From positions 210,001-242,000 of the forward strand of contig JBHLRO010000002.1 of the NCBI GenBank assembly GCA_048882505.1: a DNA stretch of 32,000 bases. Direction: 5' to 3'. Below are positions 1 through 8,171 of the stretch, in pieces. Made by a program: the position numbers and the translations under genes. The notes beneath the pieces are model-generated. The model searched no databases. It was given only the letters and a program-made list of their open reading frames with translations, and had not been told where the DNA came from. Within the stretch, counting starts at the first letter, position 1, and each line of letters starts with the position of its first letter. This stretch comes from Candidatus Thorarchaeota archaeon (GTDB lineage: Archaea; Asgardarchaeota; Heimdallarchaeia; Hodarchaeales; Hodarchaeaceae).

Positions 1-45
1 TTGCGAGAATATGATCGCCAAGAACTTATTGCGAACATACTTTAA
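1..45 (+). CDS. Possible 3' end of an upstream gene (partial, ...LREYDRQELIANIL*)
   Basis: Frame 1 is open from base 1 to TAA at 43-45. Only 14 codons are visible. Confidence 0.3.
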   Translation: MREYDRQELIANIL

Positions 46-160
46 AAAACACTCTCCGCACCTCTGTCCAAATGTTTCTTGGGTGAAATTTTGATTCCCT
101 AAGTTTTGGAAGTCTACATCGTTCGTTCTTAACGTTAGTATCAGGAAATTGGTTTTTAAA

Positions 161-1579
161 ATGGATTTAGAAGAATTTCGTAAGAATGGTCATATGCTAG
201 TTGATTGGATGACTGATTATTTAGGGACAGTTGAACAATATCCAGTGAAATCACAGGTTAAACCTCGTGAGATCTATAATCAGATCCCAGATGAACCACC
301 AACCGTGGGTGAGGATTTCAATCACATATTCAGTGAATTCGAAAACAAAATCATTCCTGGAATTACTCACTGGCAACATCCCTGTTTTTTCGCATATTTT
401 CCTGCAAATAGTAGCCGACCATCTATTTTGGCTGAAATGTTGACAGCTACTCTTGCTGCACAGTGTATGATTTGGGATACCTCCCCTGCAGCCGCAGAGC
501 TAGAAGAAAAGATGATGAATTGGTTGAGGGATATGATTGGATTACCCAAGTCCTTTTCTGGGGTAATTCAAGATACAGCATCGACTGCAACTCTCTGCTC
601 ACTTTTGACGGCAAGAGAGAAGGCTACTCACTATGAGGTCAATGCTACTGGATTGTATAGCAAAAGAGCTTTTACAATATATTGTTCAAGTGAAACACAC
701 TCGAGTATTGAGAAAGACGTCAAGATCGTTGGGTTAGGAAAGAACAATTTAAGGAAGGTTTCCGTGGATCAGAATTATGCCCTACGACCTGATAAACTAG
801 AAGAAATCATTAAAAGGGATCTTAATGATGGATTTACTCCACTGGCCGTTGTGGCTACGATCGGAACGACTGGATCTACCGCGATTGATCCAATAAAGCA
901 TATCGGGGAAATTTGTAGAAAGTATAAGATATGGCTTCATGTGGACGCAGCTTTGGCAGGAACCGCCCTACTTCTCCCTGAAAAGCGGTGGATGATTGAG
1001 GGGATAGAATATGTTGACACATTCACATTCAATCCTCATAAGTGGATGTTTACAAATTTTGACTGCAACGCTTACTTCATAAAGGATTCCGAGGCTCTTG
1101 TACGGACATTTGAGATCACTCCCGAATATCTTAAGACGCAGGCCAGAAATGTGAATAACTATCGAGATTGGGGGGTTCCACTTGGCCGAAGATTTCGGGC
1201 ATTGAAGTTATGGTTTGTTATCAGGCATTTTGGTGTTTCTGGATTGCAAGAAAAAATCCGATATCATTTAGATATGACAGACATGCTGAGAAAAAAAATC
1301 GAACAAGCAGATGATTTTGAATTATTAGCACCAGTTCCGTTGAATACAATTTGTTTCAGATATAAGCCCTCATCCATTAGGGATATGGAGAAACTCAATA
1401 GAATGAATGAGGAATTGCTTGTAAGAACGAATCAAACGGGAAAACTCTATCTAACTCATACGAAACTGAATGGAAACTATAGTCTACGATTCGTAGTAGG
1501 CCAAACCGATACTCAAGAGAGACATGTCAACCAGGCATGGGAAATAATTCAAGATTTAGCCAAAAAAATAAACTTTTAA
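161..1579 (+). CDS. PLP-dependent group II amino-acid decarboxylase (aromatic-L-amino-acid/DOPA decarboxylase-like)
   Basis: Motifs ITHWQHPCFFAYFP, HVDAA, NPHKW (PLP lysine) and LGRRFRALKLWF are typical of the DDC/HDC family. The ORF track starts at TTG 149; ATG 161 is preferred. Confidence 0.92.
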   Translation: MDLEEFRKNGHMLVDWMTDYLGTVEQYPVKSQVKPREIYNQIPDEPPTVGEDFNHIFSEFENKIIPGITHWQHPCFFAYFPANSSRPSILAEMLTATLAAQCMIWDTSPAAAELEEKMMNWLRDMIGLPKSFSGVIQDTASTATLCSLLTAREKATHYEVNATGLYSKRAFTIYCSSETHSSIEKDVKIVGLGKNNLRKVSVDQNYALRPDKLEEIIKRDLNDGFTPLAVVATIGTTGSTAIDPIKHIGEICRKYKIWLHVDAALAGTALLLPEKRWMIEGIEYVDTFTFNPHKWMFTNFDCNAYFIKDSEALVRTFEITPEYLKTQARNVNNYRDWGVPLGRRFRALKLWFVIRHFGVSGLQEKIRYHLDMTDMLRKKIEQADDFELLAPVPLNTICFRYKPSSIRDMEKLNRMNEELLVRTNQTGKLYLTHTKLNGNYSLRFVVGQTDTQERHVNQAWEIIQDLAKKINF

Positions 1580-1617
1580 ATGGGAAAGCTAGCATTTCAG
1601 AGAGGAAACGGCATCTT

Positions 1618-3543
1618 ATGTATACTATTCGGAAAAAAGACGGGTGGGGTCGCATAGGCATGCTAGAAACCAACCATGGCAAGATGATGACCCCAGTGTT
1701 ACTTCCAGTCATCAATCCTAATCGTCAAATGGTTTCTCCTCAAGAAATGGTTCGGCTAGGTGCGGAAGCATTTATCACTAACGCATATCTCTTGTTCCGT
1801 AACGCTGACAACCGAGAAAGTGTCCTTCAATCAGGATTACATAAATATCTAGAGTTTTCGGGCCCCATAATGACTGATTCGGGGGCATTTCAACTAATGC
1901 AATACGGGGATGTCGAAGTATCCAACCTTGAGATTATACAATTTCAGGAACAAATAGGAAGCGACATCGGGGTATTTTTGGACGTTCCGGTCAAAACTGA
2001 GAAGTATGAGGACCATAAAGCAGCATTGGAAAAGACTGTTAAGAGAGCTGAAGAAAATTTAAAGCTTAGAAGCTCCGATAATCCAATTCTATGGGCGGGT
2101 CCTATTCAAGGGGGGATACATTTGGATTTAATTGAATCATCATGTGAAATGATGCGCAAACATCCTTTTCATATTCACCCTCTTGGATCAGTTGTTCCAC
2201 TCCTTGAGAAATATGATTATGAAAACGTCATTCGAATGCTTTTGACAATCAAACAGCATCTTCCCACCAATAGACCGATTCATCTGTTTGGGGCAGGACA
2301 TCCCATGATTTTTGCGATTGCGGTACTTCTTGGTGTTGATGTTTTCGATTCTGCCGCCTATATGCTTTATGCCCAGAAAAATCGATATATCACGGTAACT
2401 GGTACTGAATACTTGGAAAATCTGGAGTATTTCCCTTGCTCATGTGAGGTGTGTGTAAATTTTGTACCTGTGGAATTACGTCACCTCGATTTGGAAACCC
2501 GTACAATTCTGTTAGCCAAACATAACTTGATTGTGAGCCTGGAAGAAATTCGGAGAATTAGACAAGCGATCACAGAGGGGCGATTATATGAACTAGCGCT
2601 GGTCCGCGCAGCGGCTCATCCTTCATTGATGAAAAATATCAACCTTCTTTTTGGCAAATCAACATCAAAACTCGTCGAACCCTTTGAAACAGCTTCAAAG
2701 ACTAGAGCATTACTGATCACTCATCCAATCTTGATTAATCAGCCTCTGTTACTTCGTTATCGCCGAAGAATAATGGAACGGTTCTTTTCTTGGAGTTCTC
2801 AGTTGGTTATTACCCGGGAGTATCAAAAATTACATTCCTCGCAATCTTATCAAGTTATACGCCTGTCTCCCGTCTTTGGGATTATTCCTGATGAGTTACT
2901 GGGAGTGTATCCCCTGGTACAACACGAAAGGATTCCAATGGATTTTTCTTCAGAGATTATTGAATATATCCAGATTTTTCTTAACCAATTTAAATCTAAA
3001 TTCAAAAAAATATTGGTTCATCCATTAATCTCCCTTGAAAACGAACTTCTTCAAGGTTTTGATCTTTTTGAACGCCCAAGGGCCTCGACCAAGCTGGATG
3101 ACGATTATATCGTGAAGGCAATGGTTGATTATCAATTCGGAGCTGGTTCTCATGAATTACTTGATAATATTCGCCTTACGATCGAAAGATCGCAAAAAAC
3201 AGGAGTATTACGGCGTTTTAGCGAAGGTGATGATCTCTTAGGAACTTTTAGGGCCTCCGACTTCATTATTGTGCCATCCCCTAGGTTTGCCGAGATGCTA
3301 TACAATTCCCTTCCTAGACCCCAATTGTGCGTCGAGGCAAGTGATGAAGCAGTGCCATTTGTCAAACAGAATAAAGATCTATTGGCAAGGTTCGTTATTA
3401 AAGCGGATCCTATGATTCGATGTGGCGAGGAGGTTCTTGTCGTGGATAAACAAGGTTCGTTTCTGAATTATGGAAAAAGTGTCCTTTCCGTTCCTGAAAT
3501 GCTGGATTTTGACCGTGGAGTAGCCGTGCGAGTTCGAGGTTAG
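1618..3543 (+). CDS. tgtA: Archaeosine tRNA-guanine(15) transglycosylase (ArcTGT) with C-terminal PUA domain
   Basis: Motifs GRIG..T..G...TP, MTDSGAFQ, PIHLFGAGHP, DVFDSAAY and zinc site PCSCEVC..H, plus a C-terminal PUA-like region (IRCGEEVLVV...RGVAVRVR). In-frame ATG at 1618; the ORF track start at 1537 overlaps the previous gene. Confidence 0.95.
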   Translation: MYTIRKKDGWGRIGMLETNHGKMMTPVLLPVINPNRQMVSPQEMVRLGAEAFITNAYLLFRNADNRESVLQSGLHKYLEFSGPIMTDSGAFQLMQYGDVEVSNLEIIQFQEQIGSDIGVFLDVPVKTEKYEDHKAALEKTVKRAEENLKLRSSDNPILWAGPIQGGIHLDLIESSCEMMRKHPFHIHPLGSVVPLLEKYDYENVIRMLLTIKQHLPTNRPIHLFGAGHPMIFAIAVLLGVDVFDSAAYMLYAQKNRYITVTGTEYLENLEYFPCSCEVCVNFVPVELRHLDLETRTILLAKHNLIVSLEEIRRIRQAITEGRLYELALVRAAAHPSLMKNINLLFGKSTSKLVEPFETASKTRALLITHPILINQPLLLRYRRRIMERFFSWSSQLVITREYQKLHSSQSYQVIRLSPVFGIIPDELLGVYPLVQHERIPMDFSSEIIEYIQIFLNQFKSKFKKILVHPLISLENELLQGFDLFERPRASTKLDDDYIVKAMVDYQFGAGSHELLDNIRLTIERSQKTGVLRRFSEGDDLLGTFRASDFIIVPSPRFAEMLYNSLPRPQLCVEASDEAVPFVKQNKDLLARFVIKADPMIRCGEEVLVVDKQGSFLNYGKSVLSVPEMLDFDRGVAVRVRG

Positions 3544-3576
3544 AAAAACTTATCTAGAATTGATATTGATACCAGA

Positions 3577-4524
3577 GTGGGTACGGCTGTGTCTCACAAA
3601 AGAACTCGAAAAACATTATTTGAGCTGGCCAATCAGCCAGAGCTCTGGATATTTTCCAATGTCTTGACAGAACCTTGGGTAGACGTATCTGACCTTGATG
3701 TTTCGACCTTTGAAAAAACGGTCGAGATTCCGATTACGCTACCCAACGGGATTTGTATCTTCAAACTGGAATCGGATGGACCCCTCGGACAGATTATCTC
3801 CATGTGTGTAGCACATGGGTCCCAAATCCGTTTGTTTCATTTAATTGATAGCAGTGAATTCCCCCACTTTAGAGAGCGAGTTTTAAAATATGTAAAAGAT
3901 ATTCTTCCCGATTATTTTGACTTTTATAGCTACATGCGATCTTATTACGCACGAAAGTTCCGTGATTTTGGTCTAACGGATGTTCTTGGAGTAGATACCG
4001 AGATTAAGGATTTAACGGAATATGGAACGAAATCAAGGATTCTTCAACGAATTTCTGATCCTATCGAAGGTTATGAAATCCCTCAATACTGGCGAGTGCT
4101 TGATACATTAGGTACTAATGTGTCTGATCGCCCCTCTGATCAAAAAAGGTTGGTTGTGTCTCTCCAAGTCAAAGCATGTGATATTCTGGCTAAACACGCA
4201 GTGATCGATACCTTAAGATGCACGATCATCGCCCTAAAACATTATGCGGATCTACTCGATGAATTGCAGTCTGAGTCCAAACGAGACCCGTGGAGTGACC
4301 ATCGTACAATAGCAGAAGGGCTTTTCAAATTGGGGAATTTTCAAGATGCAGCCGTTTTTTATAGCAAATGTCTTTCTCAGCCCTCATTTGATAACCAAGA
4401 CCAACTACAAGAGCAGATTCTAAAAGCGTTAAAGGCTTCAATCGACCAACTAGGCAGTCGTGAGTTTTTAGAATATGCCCTAATGGCAGCGAAAATCGCG
4501 CGTTCCCGTCAACTCGAAAGATAG
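3577..4524 (+). CDS. Hypothetical protein with a C-terminal TPR-like helical segment
   Basis: 315-aa ORF. The segment HRTIAEGLFKLGNFQDAAVFYSKCL fits a TPR consensus. No family recognised. Confidence 0.65.
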   Translation: MGTAVSHKRTRKTLFELANQPELWIFSNVLTEPWVDVSDLDVSTFEKTVEIPITLPNGICIFKLESDGPLGQIISMCVAHGSQIRLFHLIDSSEFPHFRERVLKYVKDILPDYFDFYSYMRSYYARKFRDFGLTDVLGVDTEIKDLTEYGTKSRILQRISDPIEGYEIPQYWRVLDTLGTNVSDRPSDQKRLVVSLQVKACDILAKHAVIDTLRCTIIALKHYADLLDELQSESKRDPWSDHRTIAEGLFKLGNFQDAAVFYSKCLSQPSFDNQDQLQEQILKALKASIDQLGSREFLEYALMAAKIARSRQLER

Positions 4525-5234
4525 GTTTGGAATAGATTCACGTTCAAAACTGCGGTGCCATAGAATATCTCACCGTACTTGCAGCCGATTAATGAGCCGA
4601 AATAGCGGCCCATGCCCTCAATCCAGTCCAAAATAGGTGGATTATAGGAGGGATGAGCTCGAAACTGGCTTTTGTACTGTAATAGAGCTTTCCGTTTTTT
4701 TTCAAATTGATTCGAAATGTCTACAATAAACTGAAGGGGGAAAAATCCTTCGCTCTTGATTTCTCGAGCAGTGTAATAGTAAAAGCTCCGAGATATATGC
4801 CAGGGCGGTAGTCCCTCAAAGCGATGTTCCCATTTTGACAGGCGACTATAGAATATTGCTGCGTCAAAAATTAATTGGCTTTGATAGTGGTCTGGCGAGG
4901 CATTAGGAGTGGCTCCCTGCATTCCAATTACGATTCGAGGTTTGGCTTGACGGAATATTTTTGCCAGAGCTATACGGGCCTTAATGGAATCCATAAGTGT
5001 CCGATTAGGCAAATCAAGTAGAACTCGTTCGATTCCTAATGTTTTGGCAGATTGAAGTGATTCTTCAATTCGAATTGTGGGGTCATCATTGAAAGGCGTG
5101 GGCTCCCCATCTGTAAGGTCAATGATTCCGCAGCGATATCCCTCCTCCGATAGGAGTGCTAGAGTGCCGCCACATCCAATTTCAGCGTCATCGGGATGAG
5201 GAGAAACCGCTATTACATCATAATGCTCCGTCAT
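4509..5234 (-). CDS. PIG-L/LmbE family N-acetylglucosaminyl deacetylase (BshB1-like)
   Basis: Motifs SPHPDDAEIGCGG, DLTDGE, SPDH and KRKALLQYKSQF. An AAGGTGA ribosome-binding-like site lies upstream of the ATG. Confidence 0.9.
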   Translation of the reverse strand: MTEHYDVIAVSPHPDDAEIGCGGTLALLSEEGYRCGIIDLTDGEPTPFNDDPTIRIEESLQSAKTLGIERVLLDLPNRTLMDSIKARIALAKIFRQAKPRIVIGMQGATPNASPDHYQSQLIFDAAIFYSRLSKWEHRFEGLPPWHISRSFYYYTAREIKSEGFFPLQFIVDISNQFEKKRKALLQYKSQFRAHPSYNPPILDWIEGMGRYFGSLIGCKYGEIFYGTAVLNVNLFQTYLSS

Positions 5235-5454
5235 CTGTGTTTTTCACCTTCACTTGTACCTAAGATCCTCTAATTTTGTTTTATTGTCGGTTTTGTGAGC
5301 GTTCCCTAATCTTTAAAAAAAAGCAAGCAGCTTTTAAGATAGACACATCGGAAATTTGGAACCACACTGGTAGCACGTTCTCGAGCAGATCTGTCATCGT
5401 GACAGTCACGATTCTCATTATAAACGCATTATACAGCAATACGAGGAACTGATA

Positions 5455-6156
5455 TTGAGCCAAGAAGAGGTTGTCTTTGAAGAGAGCAAACAAGGAATTA
5501 AGATCGTCTTTTGGGGTGCAACCATGGCTGGGAAGACGACGGCGCTCTCACTTTTCCACGCCATAAAAAAGAGAGAAGATCCCGAGAGTGTCTATAATTT
5601 CCTCAAACTTGAAGACAAGGCTACGGAGCGCACGATTGGATTCGATCAAGCCACCTTCGGTTTGGGCACAGGTACGGGACGAGAATTTAAATATCATCTC
5701 TTTACGACTCCTGGACAAGATCGTTTCAAAAGCATGCGTAAAATCGTTGTGAATGGTCTTCATGGCATTATAATTGTGTTAGATTCAGAATCTGCGCGGT
5801 GGGAGGAGAACAAGACTTCGCTTACAGAATTGTTTGAGATCTTGGAAGATAAACTGGTCAATGGGGAAGTTAAGTTACAGATAATGTTAAATAAGATGGA
5901 TTTACCTGTTGACACGCGTATTTCGGCGGCAGATGTTGGGCGTTTGATGGTGGAGGCAGGGGTCTCGGACAAGTTACGAGACACTTTTGCCAGTGTACAT
6001 GAAGTTTCATGCCTAGAGGCTTTACATTCATTGAAGGAAACATGGAGTAGTGGAAACTGGAACCCGAAATCTCGACCTCAGCCGGTACAACGAATCATCA
6101 TGCCCATCCAGCAAGTAATTAGGGACATTTTGATAGAGGAACTTCGAAAGAATTAA
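5455..6156 (+). CDS. Small Ras-superfamily GTPase, MglA-like
   Basis: G1 GATMAGKTT, switch I TERTIGFD (MglA has TDRTLFFD), G3 FTTPGQ (MglA-type TxPGQ rather than DxxGQ) and G4 NKMD. TTG start. Confidence 0.9.
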   Translation: MSQEEVVFEESKQGIKIVFWGATMAGKTTALSLFHAIKKREDPESVYNFLKLEDKATERTIGFDQATFGLGTGTGREFKYHLFTTPGQDRFKSMRKIVVNGLHGIIIVLDSESARWEENKTSLTELFEILEDKLVNGEVKLQIMLNKMDLPVDTRISAADVGRLMVEAGVSDKLRDTFASVHEVSCLEALHSLKETWSSGNWNPKSRPQPVQRIIMPIQQVIRDILIEELRKN

Positions 6157-6338
6157 GGTTCGTTAAGAGAGGGGTGACTGTGGGGTCATTCATGGTGTTC
6201 TCTCTAAACGATAAGGGATCTAGTTTGATATACAAGTATTGGAGGGATTTTTTAGTTTTTACTTCTTGGGATCGTCTTGAAGAGGGATTTCATTCCCTTG
6301 AGATTGAACACACGGAAACATACTAGAAGCTCCAGCAT

Positions 6339-6566
6339 TTACAACTTAGATTTCCCAGGTTTCGCCTCAAAGTCTTCCAAGCTTCAATATTGGGAACCCA
6401 CACAATGGCCATGGGTCATGCGGTGTTCCTCGAGTTGGGTATCTGTCCACGCCCCATATTTCGTTTCGGCCTGTGCTAAGACCTGTTCGAGGGTGATCGC
6501 TTGGCCCTTGTATAGTTTCGGCCAGAGCTTAGTAAAAACTGAATATCCCGCATTTCTTAGTTCCAC
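6339..6566 (-). CDS. Small hypothetical protein: 60 aa if TGA 6384-6386 is a stop, 75 aa if it is read through as selenocysteine
   Basis: GTG start at 6566. After ...THGHCVGSQY there is a TGA, then AGC TTG GAA GAC TTT GAG GCG AAA CCT GGG AAA TCT AAG TTG TAA (SLEDFEAKPGKSKL*). A TATA-like TTGTATAAAA lies about 45-55 nt upstream on the minus strand. Confidence 0.55.
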
Positions 6567-6628
6567 GTCCCAAAATTCTACTAGTAATAAAAATGGAGAT
6601 GTTCAATCATTTTTATACAATAAAAAAG

Positions 6629-7588
6629 CTATGGCATCCAATCACGTAATCGAGGGAGCCCGATAGTGGTGTAATCGTGTTTGATTTGTTTTATATTCTT
6701 AAAGATCTGAGATCTCATTTCTTCTAACTGCAAAGTACTCATAATCTTTCCTAACGTTGGTTTGACGTTTTTCAATCCTGCAGTAATTCGACTGTACTCA
6801 GGTATTTGTTTTTCTGTTAATAATTCGTTCTTGTAGATTGAATGTTCTGCAGATAAACCCCCTGATAAAATCTTAAAGCCGTCTTCCTCTGAAAGTGTCG
6901 TTTTTGATTTACACAAATTTTCTAATAGATCAAAGATTTCCTTATTTGGATGCATTATATTCCTCGTTACAACACCTCGCATATACATCTGGGTTGTTTC
7001 TCGTTCTAAAAGAAATGTAAACGGGATTTTAGTCATATACTCTGTCATTTCTAATTTTTGGGAGCTAATTGTTGAACTAGATTGATCCTGAGCTCGAATA
7101 AAGGCCTCACTGGGTAAAACAATCCCACAAATTTCTCGAAAATCGGTGATGATTTTTCCTACAGAGATAGAAAATTGAGTATAATAAACGCCAACACCAA
7201 CAACTAGGATAAAGGCTTCGCCAGTTGTTTCTTCCGTTCCTGTGAGAGTAATATCTGGGATTAATAAGACGGAATCTCTTCTCAATTCGGTCACAGGCTG
7301 ATTTAAATAAAATCCCTTAAAATTCGTATCAATCAATTGATTCCAGGAGGGGAAAAACCAAATTTCTTTTAGAATACCCAATTGACTTTCTTCTTGTAGC
7401 TGAATTTGACTCAAATCACTCTCAGAGCTGGCTTGCTCCCTGATTTCTTGTTCTCGGGCTGCGATTTGCTGTTCAATCCGTTCCTTTTCGGTTTCCAATC
7501 TTAGGAGTTCAGTTTCTAGTGCTTTCAGTCGTCGTTGAATACTTTTCAATCGCTGCTTATCGTGTTCTTGTTGTTCAATCAATTTCAT
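6629..7588 (-). CDS. Hypothetical protein with an N-terminal coiled coil and an unrecognised globular domain
   Basis: Long ORF with heptads in LKSIQRRLKALETELLRLETEKERIEQQI. ATG 7588 follows GAGTGAAGG; the ORF track start is 7606. Confidence 0.75.
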   Translation of the reverse strand: MKLIEQQEHDKQRLKSIQRRLKALETELLRLETEKERIEQQIAAREQEIREQASSESDLSQIQLQEESQLGILKEIWFFPSWNQLIDTNFKGFYLNQPVTELRRDSVLLIPDITLTGTEETTGEAFILVVGVGVYYTQFSISVGKIITDFREICGIVLPSEAFIRAQDQSSSTISSQKLEMTEYMTKIPFTFLLERETTQMYMRGVVTRNIMHPNKEIFDLLENLCKSKTTLSEEDGFKILSGGLSAEHSIYKNELLTEKQIPEYSRITAGLKNVKPTLGKIMSTLQLEEMRSQIFKNIKQIKHDYTTIGLPRLRDWMP

Positions 7589-7645
7589 GTGTTTGCCTTC
7601 ACTCATTGCTGAATAATATTGGTGAATTACTTGCTTTAAATGTAA

Positions 7646-7664
7646 CCATCATTATATAATATGG
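7646..7664 (-). promoter_or_regulatory. AT-rich near-palindrome CCATC-ATTATATAAT-ATGG, a likely TATA region for the 6629-7588 gene
   Basis: Perfect 10-bp palindrome ATTATATAAT at 7651-7660, flanked by CCAT/ATGG, upstream of the minus-strand gene. Confidence 0.35.
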
Positions 7665-7793
7665 AAAGACCATGGGTTTTTGTTCAAACACCGTATGCTT
7701 TTCCAATGTTGAAATCCAAGACTGGATAGGGAGACGTCTTTTAGGTAAGAATGTCTCATTGAAACTCGATAAGATCTTGGTACGTAACGAGCC

Positions 7794-8090
7794 TTAGATG
7801 CCAAAATCGATAGGCATAATCCTCATTGAACTAAGATCCCCATATTGGATTGCTTGAAGATAAATCTCTCTGTTCTTGAATCCTTTGAGGTTACTTCTCT
7901 TAACAAGGTCCTTTGTTTCATAATATTCTGCTTTGAAATCCTCAAAACATAGAAAAAGGCATGGTACAAATGATGGATACCAGTGTAGAACCTTTAATCG
8001 TCTTGAAGGATGATTTTGTTCACTGAGGATTGAGTACACCGAAATTCCATAGTCAGAAGGCTGTTTAATGTATGAACGAGGGACATGCAA
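7794..8090 (-). CDS. Possible small hypothetical protein (98 aa)
   Basis: Fills the gap before hutU without overlapping a real gene. TTG start, no recognisable motif. Confidence 0.35.
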   Translation of the reverse strand: MHVPRSYIKQPSDYGISVYSILSEQNHPSRRLKVLHWYPSFVPCLFLCFEDFKAEYYETKDLVKRSNLKGFKNREIYLQAIQYGDLSSMRIMPIDFGI

Positions 8091-8171
8091 ATGGAACTAT
8101 CATTTTAAATTCAGAAATTAAACCTGAAGAATTAAAGCCTACGATTCCCTTGGTCGTTAGGTGGTTAGTAT

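Noticed and set aside
6603-6605. Second in-frame TGA upstream of the small ORF, as a possible extra Sec codon
   Set aside because: The upstream frame runs through a TATA-like AT tract and the previous gene's end, with no good start. More likely promoter sequence.
6277-6666. 129-aa plus-strand ORF
   Set aside because: Antisense shadow of the small minus ORF and the end of the 6629 gene. Ser/Cys/Trp-rich and not protein-like.
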